IMG/VR virus record: IMGVR_UViG_3300028920_001041 | DNA: 64,000 nucleotides | DNA from: an uncultured virus (IMG/VR IMGVR_UViG_3300028920_001041) | Lineage: Duplodnaviria; Heunggongvirae; Uroviricota; Caudoviricetes | Strand: one strand, 5' to 3' | Part shown: positions 27,032 to 37,272 of the stretch, one piece after another | How positions within the stretch are numbered: position 1 is the stretch's first letter | How the letters are laid out: each line of letters begins with the position of its first letter | Notes under the pieces: generated by a model | What the model was told of the DNA's origin: nothing | What the model saw: only the letters and a program-made list of their open reading frames with translations | The model's database searches: none | Position numbers and translations under genes: made by a program

Positions 27032-29001
27032 TGAGTGAACGAAGACGCTTAATGTATATTAACCGCCAACCCACCCTTTGGCGTCATGGATCTCCCGCAG
27101 TAATGATAACAGCAAATGATGATGATGATGATGAAACTATTAGTTTGAATCCATTGTTTTTAGAGCCCCTTAACGCTGACTTCGACGGGGATACAGTTGC
27201 ATTATATACGATTCACGATGAAGAAGCATTAACAGAAATGGAGGAGAAAGCTTATCTTAAGAGTTATGTTAATTATGACGCAAATAGAGATTTCTTAGCT
27301 GTGTTACGACATGAAGCACTCTATGCAGCATATGTACTGACAGAAGTTATCGATCCAATAGATGATAGACCCTATGAAGTACAAAGACTTGAAGAGTTAC
27401 CAGAATCTGTCGAGTGGTACAATGATGGATTAGATTATCCAATATTGCTACACGGTAAATTATATCCTTATGGAGTATGTCTATTTAATAAAAAATGCGG
27501 ATTCTCAGATATTATAATCAATAGGTCGATCACAAAGAAACATACACATTTAATTAGTAAAGAGATTTATAAAAACGCACAATATAATACAGGTCAATTT
27601 TATAGAGAGTTACATCAACTAGATAACTTTCTATTCTATTTTATAACAACAACAAAACACGCACCTAGTATTAATGTTAACGAAATGGCAGAACTCGTTT
27701 CCCCAGAGATTAAAGCATTATTTAAGAAATTGCCTGATAATAATGTTATCCTAGGATATCATATAAATGAAGGATTGATAGATCGTTGTATTGATAATTT
27801 TGATAAAAACCACCAACTATATAAATTGTTTAGAAGTGGTTCAAGATTCAGTAAAACTCAATTGGCGAGAAGTTGTATAAATATTGGATACATTGCAGAC
27901 GCACAAAATGTAGTCGTATCTCAACCTATTAGAGGTAATCTTTTAACTGGTATATCGAAAGAACAATTCTTTCTAGGTGCACCTGGTACGAGAAAAAGCA
28001 TACGAGATAAATCTAAATGGACTCCTGATTCAGGATATTTAGAAAGAACATTAGTAATGGCTTTATCGATTCTAGAGATATCAGAAGAAGATTGTGGTGG
28101 AGCTAACTATTTATCATTTGTTGTATTTAGCGAAAAACACGCAGAAACATTAGTGGGCAAATATTATAAAGATCCACAAGAACCATATAACGACTGGCAA
28201 GTATTAGATTTCTTCACAGCAAAAGATTTTATTAATAAAAAGATATATGTTAGATCACCTATGACCTGCACAACCGAAAAATTTAAAATGTGCCATAAGT
28301 GTTTTGGTGAAAGAAAGTTTCCAACTAAATATTTAGGTATAGTATGCGGACAAACTATAAGTGAAAGATTAACTCAATTAGTATTGAGAACATTCCACAC
28401 ATCTGGAGCGGCAGAATTAAGATTGATTATAACAATTAAAAATTTCATTAGAGATCATTTAGTTGACATACATGAACGAGATAATTTAGTCATTCTAGAG
28501 TTTGATACTCCTAATATTTCTCCAGCAATGACTAAAATAACAGGATTTGTTAACACTGTTGAACAAAATAACCAAGGTTTTGCTTATTTTGAACCTGATA
28601 AAGAATTAACTCAAAATAATGATACAATATCGATGCTCAAAAATATCCAAAACCTTCTTAGAACCTGCAAGAATCCATCAACAACACCAACAGATTATTA
28701 TTTAGAAATGATGGAGTTAGTATTGCAAGCAGGTACTCCTTATAGTTCTTTCGTTGAAATGGTGTTTGCGAATATGTTTATGACTAATAAGAAACAGAAA
28801 GAATTTTGGAGATATAATTCTGATAAGAAGATTGTTATTAAATTAGGAGATAAGATATTATCAAAACATTTAAGTACATTATTAGGCTTACTATACGAAC
28901 CTAACAAAAACACGATTGCTGAAGTCGATAAATTGCAAGAGTTAGATCTAGATAATATGGATTTAACTATATATGAAAAGATATTTCTTTCAAGGTTATA
29001 A
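27031..29001 (+). CDS. RNA polymerase beta' subunit, catalytic/C-terminal part
   Basis: NRQPTLWR, NADFDGD, SGYLERTLV, TQLVLRTFHTSG. Confidence 0.95.
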   Translation: MSERRRLMYINRQPTLWRHGSPAVMITANDDDDDETISLNPLFLEPLNADFDGDTVALYTIHDEEALTEMEEKAYLKSYVNYDANRDFLAVLRHEALYAAYVLTEVIDPIDDRPYEVQRLEELPESVEWYNDGLDYPILLHGKLYPYGVCLFNKKCGFSDIIINRSITKKHTHLISKEIYKNAQYNTGQFYRELHQLDNFLFYFITTTKHAPSINVNEMAELVSPEIKALFKKLPDNNVILGYHINEGLIDRCIDNFDKNHQLYKLFRSGSRFSKTQLARSCINIGYIADAQNVVVSQPIRGNLLTGISKEQFFLGAPGTRKSIRDKSKWTPDSGYLERTLVMALSILEISEEDCGGANYLSFVVFSEKHAETLVGKYYKDPQEPYNDWQVLDFFTAKDFINKKIYVRSPMTCTTEKFKMCHKCFGERKFPTKYLGIVCGQTISERLTQLVLRTFHTSGAAELRLIITIKNFIRDHLVDIHERDNLVILEFDTPNISPAMTKITGFVNTVEQNNQGFAYFEPDKELTQNNDTISMLKNIQNLLRTCKNPSTTPTDYYLEMMELVLQAGTPYSSFVEMVFANMFMTNKKQKEFWRYNSDKKIVIKLGDKILSKHLSTLLGLLYEPNKNTIAEVDKLQELDLDNMDLTIYEKIFLSRL

Positions 29002-29024
29002 TAAAAAGGAGGTACCTATACATA

Positions 29025-29510
29025 ATGAATGAACAAGAAGTTAATGATCAACTTATATTTAATATATTAAATTTTATAGATAATGCCGCAGACGCAGACG
29101 AACGAAGATTCGTGTTAATTGTTAGCGAAAAAACTATCCAGAAATATGTATTAAGCATGGAGAAATTTGGGTTATTTAACGAATGGTGGGAAGATGAATT
29201 TCTAATAAAAGAAGCAAAGAAATTCTTAAAAATCCCACATTCTTCCATGTTTAGTACTCTTAAACAAGAGGTATTTGGCAAATCAGGTGGAGAAATTTAT
29301 ACACTACATTTAAATTTAAGATGTGAAGCTAAATATTATTATAAATCAATAATTAAAAAGAAGATGTCATATCTTGTAAATAATAGCGCTTTGACTCTTA
29401 TTAAATTAGATAAATTTGACTCAAAAAAGAAAATCGATGTTGAAATATTTAATGAGGAATATAAACCAGCACTGACAAATTTAATTTTGCCGAAAGGGGG
29501 CGTTATTTAA
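29025..29510 (+). CDS. hypothetical protein
   Basis: AGGAGG RBS. Confidence 0.7.
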   Translation: MNEQEVNDQLIFNILNFIDNAADADERRFVLIVSEKTIQKYVLSMEKFGLFNEWWEDEFLIKEAKKFLKIPHSSMFSTLKQEVFGKSGGEIYTLHLNLRCEAKYYYKSIIKKKMSYLVNNSALTLIKLDKFDSKKKIDVEIFNEEYKPALTNLILPKGGVI

Positions 29511-30379
29511 TGAAGTGTATCTTTCACAGTATTGATTATGATGGGAAATGTTCTGGAGCGATAGTATACAATAAATTCCCTAATTGTGAACTATATCCAA
29601 TCGATTATGTTGACAAATTTGATTTCGACAGAATCGAACAAGGGGAACAAGTAATCATGGTAGATTTTACATTAGAGACTTCAGATCAAATGCTCGAATT
29701 AGCAACTTTGTCTGATTTAATTTGGATAGACCACCACACAACTGCTATCGAAATTGAATCACAGAATGGGCTTAAAGATGTTAAAGGTGTCCGAAAGGAA
29801 GGTATTGGAGCGTGTGAATTAGTATGGCAAATGTTTTGGCCTACAAAAAGAGTTCCGTATGGTGTATATTTATTAAGTAGATATGATGTTTGGCAAACAG
29901 AGAGCACTATGTGGAAAGAATCAATTCTACCATTTCAATACGGAATGAGATTACATGATGGATGGCCAGATAATACAAATTTCTGGGAACCTATATTCGA
30001 AGCTAAAGAAGACGACGAATTAATAACACAGATAATTATGGAAGGGCAAGCAGCACAAGCATATGAAGATAATCTTAGTATGCGAATAGCTAAAGGGTTA
30101 TGGTTTCCGATTGAGTTTGAAGATCTAAAATTTCAAGTTATAAACCGAAGCCACGCTAATTCTTTATCTGCACAATCAATTTGGAATCCTGATGAATATA
30201 ACGGGATAATGTATTTCTCAAGAGGGCCAAATAACTGGAAAATTGCTATGTTCACAGATAGAGAAGACAGTAATATTTTAGACATAGCGATAAAACATGG
30301 AGGCGGAGGACATAAAATGGCTTGTGGTTTTACAACAAAAGATATAGTAAACGATATACCACAGCTAATTAATATTTAA
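29510..30379 (+). CDS. DHH-family phosphoesterase
   Basis: DYDG, MVDF, IDHH, GGGGHKMACGF. Confidence 0.9.
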   Translation: MKCIFHSIDYDGKCSGAIVYNKFPNCELYPIDYVDKFDFDRIEQGEQVIMVDFTLETSDQMLELATLSDLIWIDHHTTAIEIESQNGLKDVKGVRKEGIGACELVWQMFWPTKRVPYGVYLLSRYDVWQTESTMWKESILPFQYGMRLHDGWPDNTNFWEPIFEAKEDDELITQIIMEGQAAQAYEDNLSMRIAKGLWFPIEFEDLKFQVINRSHANSLSAQSIWNPDEYNGIMYFSRGPNNWKIAMFTDREDSNILDIAIKHGGGGHKMACGFTTKDIVNDIPQLINI

Positions 30380-30393
30380 TATTTCTACATTTG

Positions 30394-30403
30394 ATATAGA
30401 AAT
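30394..30403 (+). promoter_or_regulatory. phage promoter motif
   Basis: ATATAGAAAT. Confidence 0.7.
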
Positions 30404-30408
30404 AATAG

Positions 30409-30519
30409 ATAAAACCTGGTTAGGGTACCAAAAGAACCGAGCATACTAGGTAATCCCTTGCCGGGAAATTACCTGCCATGTCGCAAGTTCTAATGGTGCT
30501 CTAACCATTATATTTTTTT
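30409..30519 (+). ncRNA. rod-shaped RNA E / leader of RNAP beta gene
   Basis: UGGUUAGGGUACCA/UGGUGCUCUAACCA closes a ~91-nt imperfect hairpin; U7 follows. Confidence 0.65.
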
Positions 30520-30560
30520 GAAAAACGGAGATAAAATAAAACTACAGGAGGAGGAAACGA

Positions 30561-32522
30561 ATGTTAACATCCGTTAATGTTAGTCCCATTCCATTTCAAG
30601 CGAGTATAGACAGTACCCGTTTGAATATGGCATGTAAGCAGATTAGTCAAGCTTTACCAGATTCAAATACAGAAATTCCATATGTTTTAAGTGACAATTA
30701 TAGACATATGGTCGATACATCACTTCTAGGAATATGTAAAGCGAAAGATGATGGAAAGATTATATATAACAATGATGGAGTATTGGTTATATTCTATAAG
30801 AATCTAAATGAGATTGATGTTCGTTATATACCACAGATAATGAAAACAACGGGTAATTTCGCTTCCCCACTAAGGTATTCAGTACCGCAATTCGCAGAAT
30901 TCAGAAAAGGAGACATTCTTTACGAATATTCAGAATTCAGAAATGGCACACCCTCATATGGGTACAATGTTTTTGTTGGATTTGTTCCATTCTTTGGATA
31001 TAATCATGAAGATAGTCTTATTATATCCGAAAGTTTAGCCAGTAAAGCTCATGCTAACTTTGTTGATAAAGTGTATGTCCCAATTACAGAATATACCGTA
31101 TTTCAGCAATTTTATCAATTAGAATCAAAAACTGGCGGATACTTCCCAAATTTAAATCAAACATTACACGAGAGTATTCTTTGTTGTGGCTTAGAACCAA
31201 AGACATCAACAAGTCTTCATATTAGTAATCCTAGAAACGTCAAACAAAAGATGTTACAAATATTAAAGACTCTTAATCTATCTGATTTGCTTAACATGAA
31301 TACTCAATCGATTAATAATTTTATTATAAATCGATATGTTACTAAAATTGAAGACGGTTATGTGTCTGGAATTAGAATACATAAATTAAAGAAAGATATC
31401 AAAATGATAGATTCTAACCTTCAAAATGTTCTAGAAAGTTTACATGGTGAATACAGTAAATATATTAGATCACGACATGATGAATTATTACCACTTCTTG
31501 GCAGAGATATGACGTTAGAGTTAATTAAAAAATATTATCTTTACGCCGATGACGATAAAATGCGACATAGAATTAATCTTAGATCTGCTGTATACCTTCT
31601 TGAATTTGAAATATCAAGTAAAGAGAAAACTATATTAGGGGATAAACTAGCAAATACATGCGCTAATAAAGGTGTTATATCCGAAATATTACCTGATGAA
31701 TTAAGACCAATTGCAATTGAAACAAAACAACCAATCGACTTAATATTTAATCCGTTTGGTGTTTTCTCTAGAATGAATCTAGGGCAATTATCAGAAGGCA
31801 CAGTCGGTAAAAATGTGATGTACTGCGATCGATATATTAGAGAGAATCCAAGCAAAGCAATTGATGCTGTATCTTGGTTGAATGACCAAATTATAAAAAA
31901 TCTTAATGATGACAGATATTATAATAGTGTCCATCAATTAATTAATAATATGAAAGACGATGAAAGTCTTAAAGATAAATTCGTTCAGAATGTAATAGAC
32001 ACAAATCTATTTATAGAAGCTCCACAATTCTCTGAGACAAACGTCGACGCTATTCTAAAGAATGGAATTAATCCAAATGAGACAATTCTTATTAAAAAGG
32101 AAACTGTTGAATATTTTAAAAACAAATTAAAATTGAATGTAGAGATTGATGAAACAGATCGAATAATACCTAACACATTCTGTTGTCCTTTATATATTAT
32201 GAAATTGTATAAATTAACCAAACATATTTGTAATGCTCGAGATTTTGGACCAGTTAAACAAGTCACTAAACAACCTCTTAAAGGCAGAGCAAAGTCTGGT
32301 GGTAGTAGAATTGGTCAAATGGAACTCGAAGCATTATTAGCTCATGGTAATCAGAAAGCTGTTAAAGAAATTATGACTGTTAAATCTGATTGGTCGGAAG
32401 GTAAAAGAGATCTCCTCCGGCAACTTATAGAAACTGGTAAATACGTTTTACCAGAGGATCATAAAATATCCAGTCAAACTAAACAAGTAGTTGATGTTCA
32501 GATTGATTTCTTAAAGAGATGA
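30561..32522 (+). CDS. RNA polymerase beta subunit, C-terminal part
   Basis: GYNHEDS, GDKLA...NKGVIS, DLIFNP...SRMNLGQ, QPLKGRAKSGGSRIGQME. Confidence 0.95.
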   Translation: MLTSVNVSPIPFQASIDSTRLNMACKQISQALPDSNTEIPYVLSDNYRHMVDTSLLGICKAKDDGKIIYNNDGVLVIFYKNLNEIDVRYIPQIMKTTGNFASPLRYSVPQFAEFRKGDILYEYSEFRNGTPSYGYNVFVGFVPFFGYNHEDSLIISESLASKAHANFVDKVYVPITEYTVFQQFYQLESKTGGYFPNLNQTLHESILCCGLEPKTSTSLHISNPRNVKQKMLQILKTLNLSDLLNMNTQSINNFIINRYVTKIEDGYVSGIRIHKLKKDIKMIDSNLQNVLESLHGEYSKYIRSRHDELLPLLGRDMTLELIKKYYLYADDDKMRHRINLRSAVYLLEFEISSKEKTILGDKLANTCANKGVISEILPDELRPIAIETKQPIDLIFNPFGVFSRMNLGQLSEGTVGKNVMYCDRYIRENPSKAIDAVSWLNDQIIKNLNDDRYYNSVHQLINNMKDDESLKDKFVQNVIDTNLFIEAPQFSETNVDAILKNGINPNETILIKKETVEYFKNKLKLNVEIDETDRIIPNTFCCPLYIMKLYKLTKHICNARDFGPVKQVTKQPLKGRAKSGGSRIGQMELEALLAHGNQKAVKEIMTVKSDWSEGKRDLLRQLIETGKYVLPEDHKISSQTKQVVDVQIDFLKR

Positions 32523-32529
32523 GGTAATT

Positions 32530-32856
32530 ATGACTCCTGGAGATAAATTTAATGAGTTGTATGAAATGCTGATGAAACAAATTAATAAGAAAGCGACAAT
32601 CACTCATTATGAAGAGGGTAGATATTACGAAATTGAAGATGTCCAAATACCATTTTGGGGAGAGATCGCCATTATTTCTTTTAAATCAACAGGAAACGAT
32701 GAATATCCTATCGTTAGAACAGTGCTTGATAGTGACGGTTGTGCGGATTATGGATATGTATCAGGGCAAGAGCCACATTTTAAATCGTGGCTCATGCGCC
32801 CCGAAGCAGAAAGAGTCCTAATAGAACTAGAGAAAACAATTTTCTTGTTGAATTAA
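32530..32856 (+). CDS. hypothetical protein with C-terminal tag
   Basis: ends IELEKTIFLLN; paralog of 32866. Confidence 0.7.
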   Translation: MTPGDKFNELYEMLMKQINKKATITHYEEGRYYEIEDVQIPFWGEIAIISFKSTGNDEYPIVRTVLDSDGCADYGYVSGQEPHFKSWLMRPEAERVLIELEKTIFLLN

Positions 32857-32865
32857 GAGGAACAC

Positions 32866-33156
32866 ATGAAAACCTTCGACGATTTATATCATATGCTAAT
32901 ATGTAAAATAAAGAATGAAATAAAATATCATTGTGATGTTAATATCGTAACCGATATCCCATATTGCGGAAAAATAATCACTATTGAATTTGATTATAGA
33001 ATTGATACGTCAGAACCATTTGTTAAAGATGTATATGAAGATAACGTTTTAACTAATTGGTACAGTGGTAATAATCGTATACCCTTAAAAGTATGGATGA
33101 AGGAACAATCACATAGTGTTATTGAATTAGAGAAAACAATTATCATGATGAGTTGA
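32866..33156 (+). CDS. hypothetical protein with C-terminal tag
   Basis: ends IELEKTIIMMS. Confidence 0.7.
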   Translation: MKTFDDLYHMLICKIKNEIKYHCDVNIVTDIPYCGKIITIEFDYRIDTSEPFVKDVYEDNVLTNWYSGNNRIPLKVWMKEQSHSVIELEKTIIMMS

Positions 33157-33476
33157 GAGGTATGAGAAAAATGGATTTGATACAAAAGGTTGACGAATTA
33201 ATAGAACTATTCGAAACAACATGTAAGAATATTTGTGCGTCTGCTGAGGAAAGAACATTAATTAATATTGATTTAACTCCAAAAATTTCTTTCTCATATC
33301 ATGTAGATACTGGAGCAATGATGTTTACTGATAACGTTTGGTATCTAAATGAAAAAGATATGTATAAAGCTCCTAACGTAACAACAATAGGGATACATCA
33401 AAAATTAGGGAAACTTATATCTTTACATGTTATTTCAATAGATCAATTTGAAGCAATGATATTTAAATTAATATAG
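33153..33476 (+). CDS. hypothetical protein with C-terminal tag
   Basis: ends QFEAMIFKLI. Confidence 0.65.
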   Translation: MRGMRKMDLIQKVDELIELFETTCKNICASAEERTLINIDLTPKISFSYHVDTGAMMFTDNVWYLNEKDMYKAPNVTTIGIHQKLGKLISLHVISIDQFEAMIFKLI

Positions 33477-33484
33477 GAGATAAA

Positions 33485-34414
33485 ATGGTCGAAAACTATG
33501 TACCTAAAAATGGACACATCTGTAAACCAACAGATGAACGAATTCCATGGGAGAAAATCAAATTTTCTAATCTAGAATGGGATTTAGTTATAAGAGGACT
33601 CCCATATCAAATTGTAAGAGCTGAGTATTATGAAGAAGAACCTACAAGATTAAGTGGTCTTGGAGTTAAATTATGTCATTGTCTTGGAGGAACATATCAA
33701 GAAAACAACTACTATGCATATCCACTATTTAGAGAAACTAATCCATATCCAGAAAAAAGAACTATTCGAGAAGATCCTGAATATGAACTACATGACGAAG
33801 GTCCAACTAGAGATAACTTAATTGATTTTGATGGTTCGGCACCTTCATGGACAATAGCATTTGAAGAGACAAATTATTTTAGAAAAGGAGAAATTAGAGA
33901 AGGAGGTCGTTGTAACATATTTAGAAACGGACAAAAATTCTATGAAGTTGGTGCAAGACAAATGGACTTTGGATTAGCCAAAGCTCGATACATTCTTCTT
34001 CAACTTCAAGAACATCCACTCAATTTCTTTAGTCGTAAATGGAAAGAAGAATTGATTGGACGAAAAATCTGGTATCAAACTGATCCTGCAATAGTTGAAT
34101 CTATTGTAGAAGATCAAGGTTGTGTAATGATTAAACCAGACCCCGATTGTATCCAAGTATTTCAACCATCTCCTTGGCAAGTAGAAGATGACGGATCAAT
34201 GTTTGGTGATGATGATAACACATCAGCTAAATGCGAATATCTTTACGAAAAAATAGGATGGTTTAGATCCGAAAAACAAACTAAATTCTATATGAAACTT
34301 AGACATTCAGGACAAAATGCTCTCTTGAATAAAATACAAGAATTAAAAGATGAGGGCAGATTAGACGAGAAAGATTATCTTGAACTCCATAAAGTAGTGT
34401 TTCAGAGGATATAA
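33485..34414 (+). CDS. hypothetical phage protein
   Basis: 309 aa, AGGAG RBS. Confidence 0.75.
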   Translation: MVENYVPKNGHICKPTDERIPWEKIKFSNLEWDLVIRGLPYQIVRAEYYEEEPTRLSGLGVKLCHCLGGTYQENNYYAYPLFRETNPYPEKRTIREDPEYELHDEGPTRDNLIDFDGSAPSWTIAFEETNYFRKGEIREGGRCNIFRNGQKFYEVGARQMDFGLAKARYILLQLQEHPLNFFSRKWKEELIGRKIWYQTDPAIVESIVEDQGCVMIKPDPDCIQVFQPSPWQVEDDGSMFGDDDNTSAKCEYLYEKIGWFRSEKQTKFYMKLRHSGQNALLNKIQELKDEGRLDEKDYLELHKVVFQRI

Positions 34415-34415
34415 T

Positions 34416-35612
34416 ATGAATTTATTACAAAATCACCGTGAAGAAATAGATAACGGAGATGCTCTAACAGTTGGTGAGTTTAGAAGTTATCAATACAATC
34501 TTATAAATAATTTTATTGATCTAATTGTAGGGTACATATCTAAACAAAATAAAGGATATTTAAGATTACTTGATAAATCAATAAAACCTAAATTGACATA
34601 TCAAGGGATCTATAATACAGAATTAATTCAAGTAGAAGCATATGTTAATAACACTAACATAAAAGACTTAGATACTAATAGAAAATTATTCTTTAAATTG
34701 CTTGTTCCCAAATTAATACACGACACGTTCTTTATAATTAATGGGAACCATTACGTGCCTACTCTTTATATTTTAGATAAACCTATTGTTATTAAAAAGA
34801 AGTCAATTAAACTTTATAGTTTATTCAATAGCTTATCTATTAGTTTTAGTCATGATATTGCTACATTTACTAGAGCGAATATACCACTTCAATATCTGTT
34901 TGGTATATTTCTTGAGACAGATGAAGAAAAAGATTTGTATAAACAAGTTGCTCAAAAATTTAAAATGAAATATCAACCAAAGAGTGAAGATGATGTTCTT
35001 AATTATTTTAATAATAATATAAATAGAGCGACAAGAGAAGAAGTTATAATATTCTTTGAGAATCTATTCTTTGATGATTTCACGAAATATTTATATATTG
35101 GGTGTTATAAAGATATATTTACTCAAGAGAATTTAACATTGAAGAATGCTATAATTCAAAGTCTTGTAATGAAACTTAATGACGAAATACCGGAGTACAT
35201 TGACCTTAATTACAAGCGGTTAGTATTTATAGAGTTGTTACTATCTCCACTCTTAAAAAGAGTAGGAAACGTTGCAGCACAAGCGGCAAGAGGATTCTTT
35301 CCTGATGAATTAAAGATCGATCATTTACAACCCTTAAAACACTTTCTAACTTCTCCAGATAAAAAGAAGAAAGGTAGTGAAGGTTTGAGTGGTAATTATC
35401 TATATGACACAGTTAATTTAATGTCAGGTATGCTATCTCATAAAGTTAGTATGGTCAATCCAGGCAGTACTAACCCTCCTAGTACAATTAGCGATACTCA
35501 TATATCACACTTTAAAAGGATATGCCCTATATCTGTGTCTAACCAAAAACCTGGAGAAGTGATAAGTGTGTTACCAACAACAAAATTCGATTATTGTGGC
35601 CAATTTATATAG
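34416..35612 (+). CDS. RNA polymerase beta subunit, N-terminal part
   Basis: VPKLIHDTFFIINGNHYV; DTHISHFKRICPI...PG. Confidence 0.8.
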   Translation: MNLLQNHREEIDNGDALTVGEFRSYQYNLINNFIDLIVGYISKQNKGYLRLLDKSIKPKLTYQGIYNTELIQVEAYVNNTNIKDLDTNRKLFFKLLVPKLIHDTFFIINGNHYVPTLYILDKPIVIKKKSIKLYSLFNSLSISFSHDIATFTRANIPLQYLFGIFLETDEEKDLYKQVAQKFKMKYQPKSEDDVLNYFNNNINRATREEVIIFFENLFFDDFTKYLYIGCYKDIFTQENLTLKNAIIQSLVMKLNDEIPEYIDLNYKRLVFIELLLSPLLKRVGNVAAQAARGFFPDELKIDHLQPLKHFLTSPDKKKKGSEGLSGNYLYDTVNLMSGMLSHKVSMVNPGSTNPPSTISDTHISHFKRICPISVSNQKPGEVISVLPTTKFDYCGQFI

Positions 35613-35744
35613 GAGTGACCATGACTGAATTTATTATTGTAATTGGTGCTATTGGTTGTGCTATATATGTAGGATATAGAATAGGGTTCTCAAAAGGTTG
35701 GAAGGCTTGTATTAAAGCGCACTTCCAACCTAAGGAGGGAAAGG

Positions 35745-35996
35745 ATGAATAATAATCAATTATTAAGTGTATATCAATCTCTATCAGTGTCTATAGAATT
35801 TGATCGATTTAAAAATATTATGGAGAAATATGAGACATTAATGGAGATGTTAGCAGAGAAACAAGTTCATGAGCAGACACATTACACAGGAAGAGATTTA
35901 AACTTTTTAGAGTCATTAGCAGACAAAATTTGTGAATCAACAATTGAGTTAAAAGATCTTTATCAATTAGAGCAGATAGTCTTTCAATTTTTGTGA
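35745..35996 (+). CDS. hypothetical protein with C-terminal tag
   Basis: ends LEQIVFQFL. Confidence 0.65.
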   Translation: MNNNQLLSVYQSLSVSIEFDRFKNIMEKYETLMEMLAEKQVHEQTHYTGRDLNFLESLADKICESTIELKDLYQLEQIVFQFL

Positions 35997-36003
35997 GGAT
36001 ATT

Positions 36004-36408
36004 ATGACGAAAAGTATAGACAGTAAGAATCCATTACATGATTTAATAACATTACCTAATGCATTAAAAATGCAACAAGATGCTGCAGCAAAGAGTAATA
36101 TACAAGATCATAATCTACTTAATCTTAGCAATTCTGGTATAACTCAAACTCATATATCAATCACAGATGGTGATTTTAGCAATATAAACGTCTCTAAAGA
36201 TGTTCAGATAGATGGGAATCTTTATATTGAAGGACAATTAAAAGCAGGGTCAATAAATATGGACTCCACAGATATCATATTAAGTATGGATTATAATCGT
36301 ATAATACAAAATCTTAAGTTTATGGACGATAAGCAATTAGAGCTTCTTAAAGAACATTTAAAGAAATTAGATAAAATAATTGAACGTGAACAATTTGATA
36401 GGACTTAA
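36004..36408 (+). CDS. hypothetical protein with C-terminal tag
   Basis: ends IEREQFDRT; C-terminal half similar to 36411. Confidence 0.65.
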   Translation: MTKSIDSKNPLHDLITLPNALKMQQDAAAKSNIQDHNLLNLSNSGITQTHISITDGDFSNINVSKDVQIDGNLYIEGQLKAGSINMDSTDIILSMDYNRIIQNLKFMDDKQLELLKEHLKKLDKIIEREQFDRT

Positions 36409-36410
36409 TT

Positions 36411-36659
36411 ATGGCAATAGCAATTGATCCAGGATCTCCGATGACACAACAATCTGTTAGAGATTTCATTCAAGAACAAATTAAAGCACAACAACTTGAC
36501 CAATTAATAGTAGGTACTAAGCATATTACATTATCATTCGATGATGATTATATTGAAGCTATTTTACGAAAAGTAAATAAAAGACAATTACTCGCTCTTA
36601 TTGAGCGATTAGAATCAAATAAACTATTAGCAGAGAAAATACTATTCGACAAGTCATAG
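36411..36659 (+). CDS. hypothetical protein with C-terminal tag
   Basis: ends AEKILFDKS. Confidence 0.65.
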   Translation: MAIAIDPGSPMTQQSVRDFIQEQIKAQQLDQLIVGTKHITLSFDDDYIEAILRKVNKRQLLALIERLESNKLLAEKILFDKS

Positions 36660-36692
36660 ATTCACATGATGTTAAATTTCCATTCTAAAGGT

Positions 36693-36702
36693 ATATAGAA
36701 AT
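36693..36702 (+). promoter_or_regulatory. phage promoter motif
   Basis: ATATAGAAAT. Confidence 0.65.
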
Positions 36703-36725
36703 ACTAAATATGCGATGGGGGGATA

Positions 36726-36947
36726 ATGAAAATACCAACTACAATCAGTAATTTTAACAATAAAGTAATTACCGTTTCAATCATAGTATCTGTTCTTGTT
36801 GGGTGTTTAATGTGGCTTGCAGGTATAATAACAGCTCTTGTAATTCTACTTTGTGTTGCTATCCTACCGACAGCTATAAATTTTTTAATAATTAATCCCT
36901 CGATTAAATTGATATCATCAATAAAAAGAAAACCAGAGGTGATATGA
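36726..36947 (+). CDS. small membrane protein
   Basis: long hydrophobic stretch. Confidence 0.55.
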   Translation: MKIPTTISNFNNKVITVSIIVSVLVGCLMWLAGIITALVILLCVAILPTAINFLIINPSIKLISSIKRKPEVI

Positions 36948-36948
36948 A

Positions 36949-37272
36949 ATGACCGATACCGAAAAAGAAACAACAATAAAGCACAGTTATAGAAAAATTG
37001 GAGTACATCCACCAAGTAAAGAAGTGTATCCTATAACGCATCAATTCGATTTAGATACGATACACATTAATATTAATCAAAGATCATTAACTATATCTCA
37101 AATACGATCAGTATTCGCAGAAGTTATTGGTGAATATGAACACGGATCCGCTGATGTAGAGGATTTGATTCCGGAGAATCCAATTAATGTAACACAATTA
37201 TCAGCAGTTCTAAGAGATGCAATACTATGCCTCGAGCATTGGGTATTCCCGGAGGAGGAAAATGAGTCTTAA
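36949..37272 (+). CDS. hypothetical protein
   Basis: GAGGTG RBS. Confidence 0.65.
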   Translation: MTDTEKETTIKHSYRKIGVHPPSKEVYPITHQFDLDTIHININQRSLTISQIRSVFAEVIGEYEHGSADVEDLIPENPINVTQLSAVLRDAILCLEHWVFPEEENES

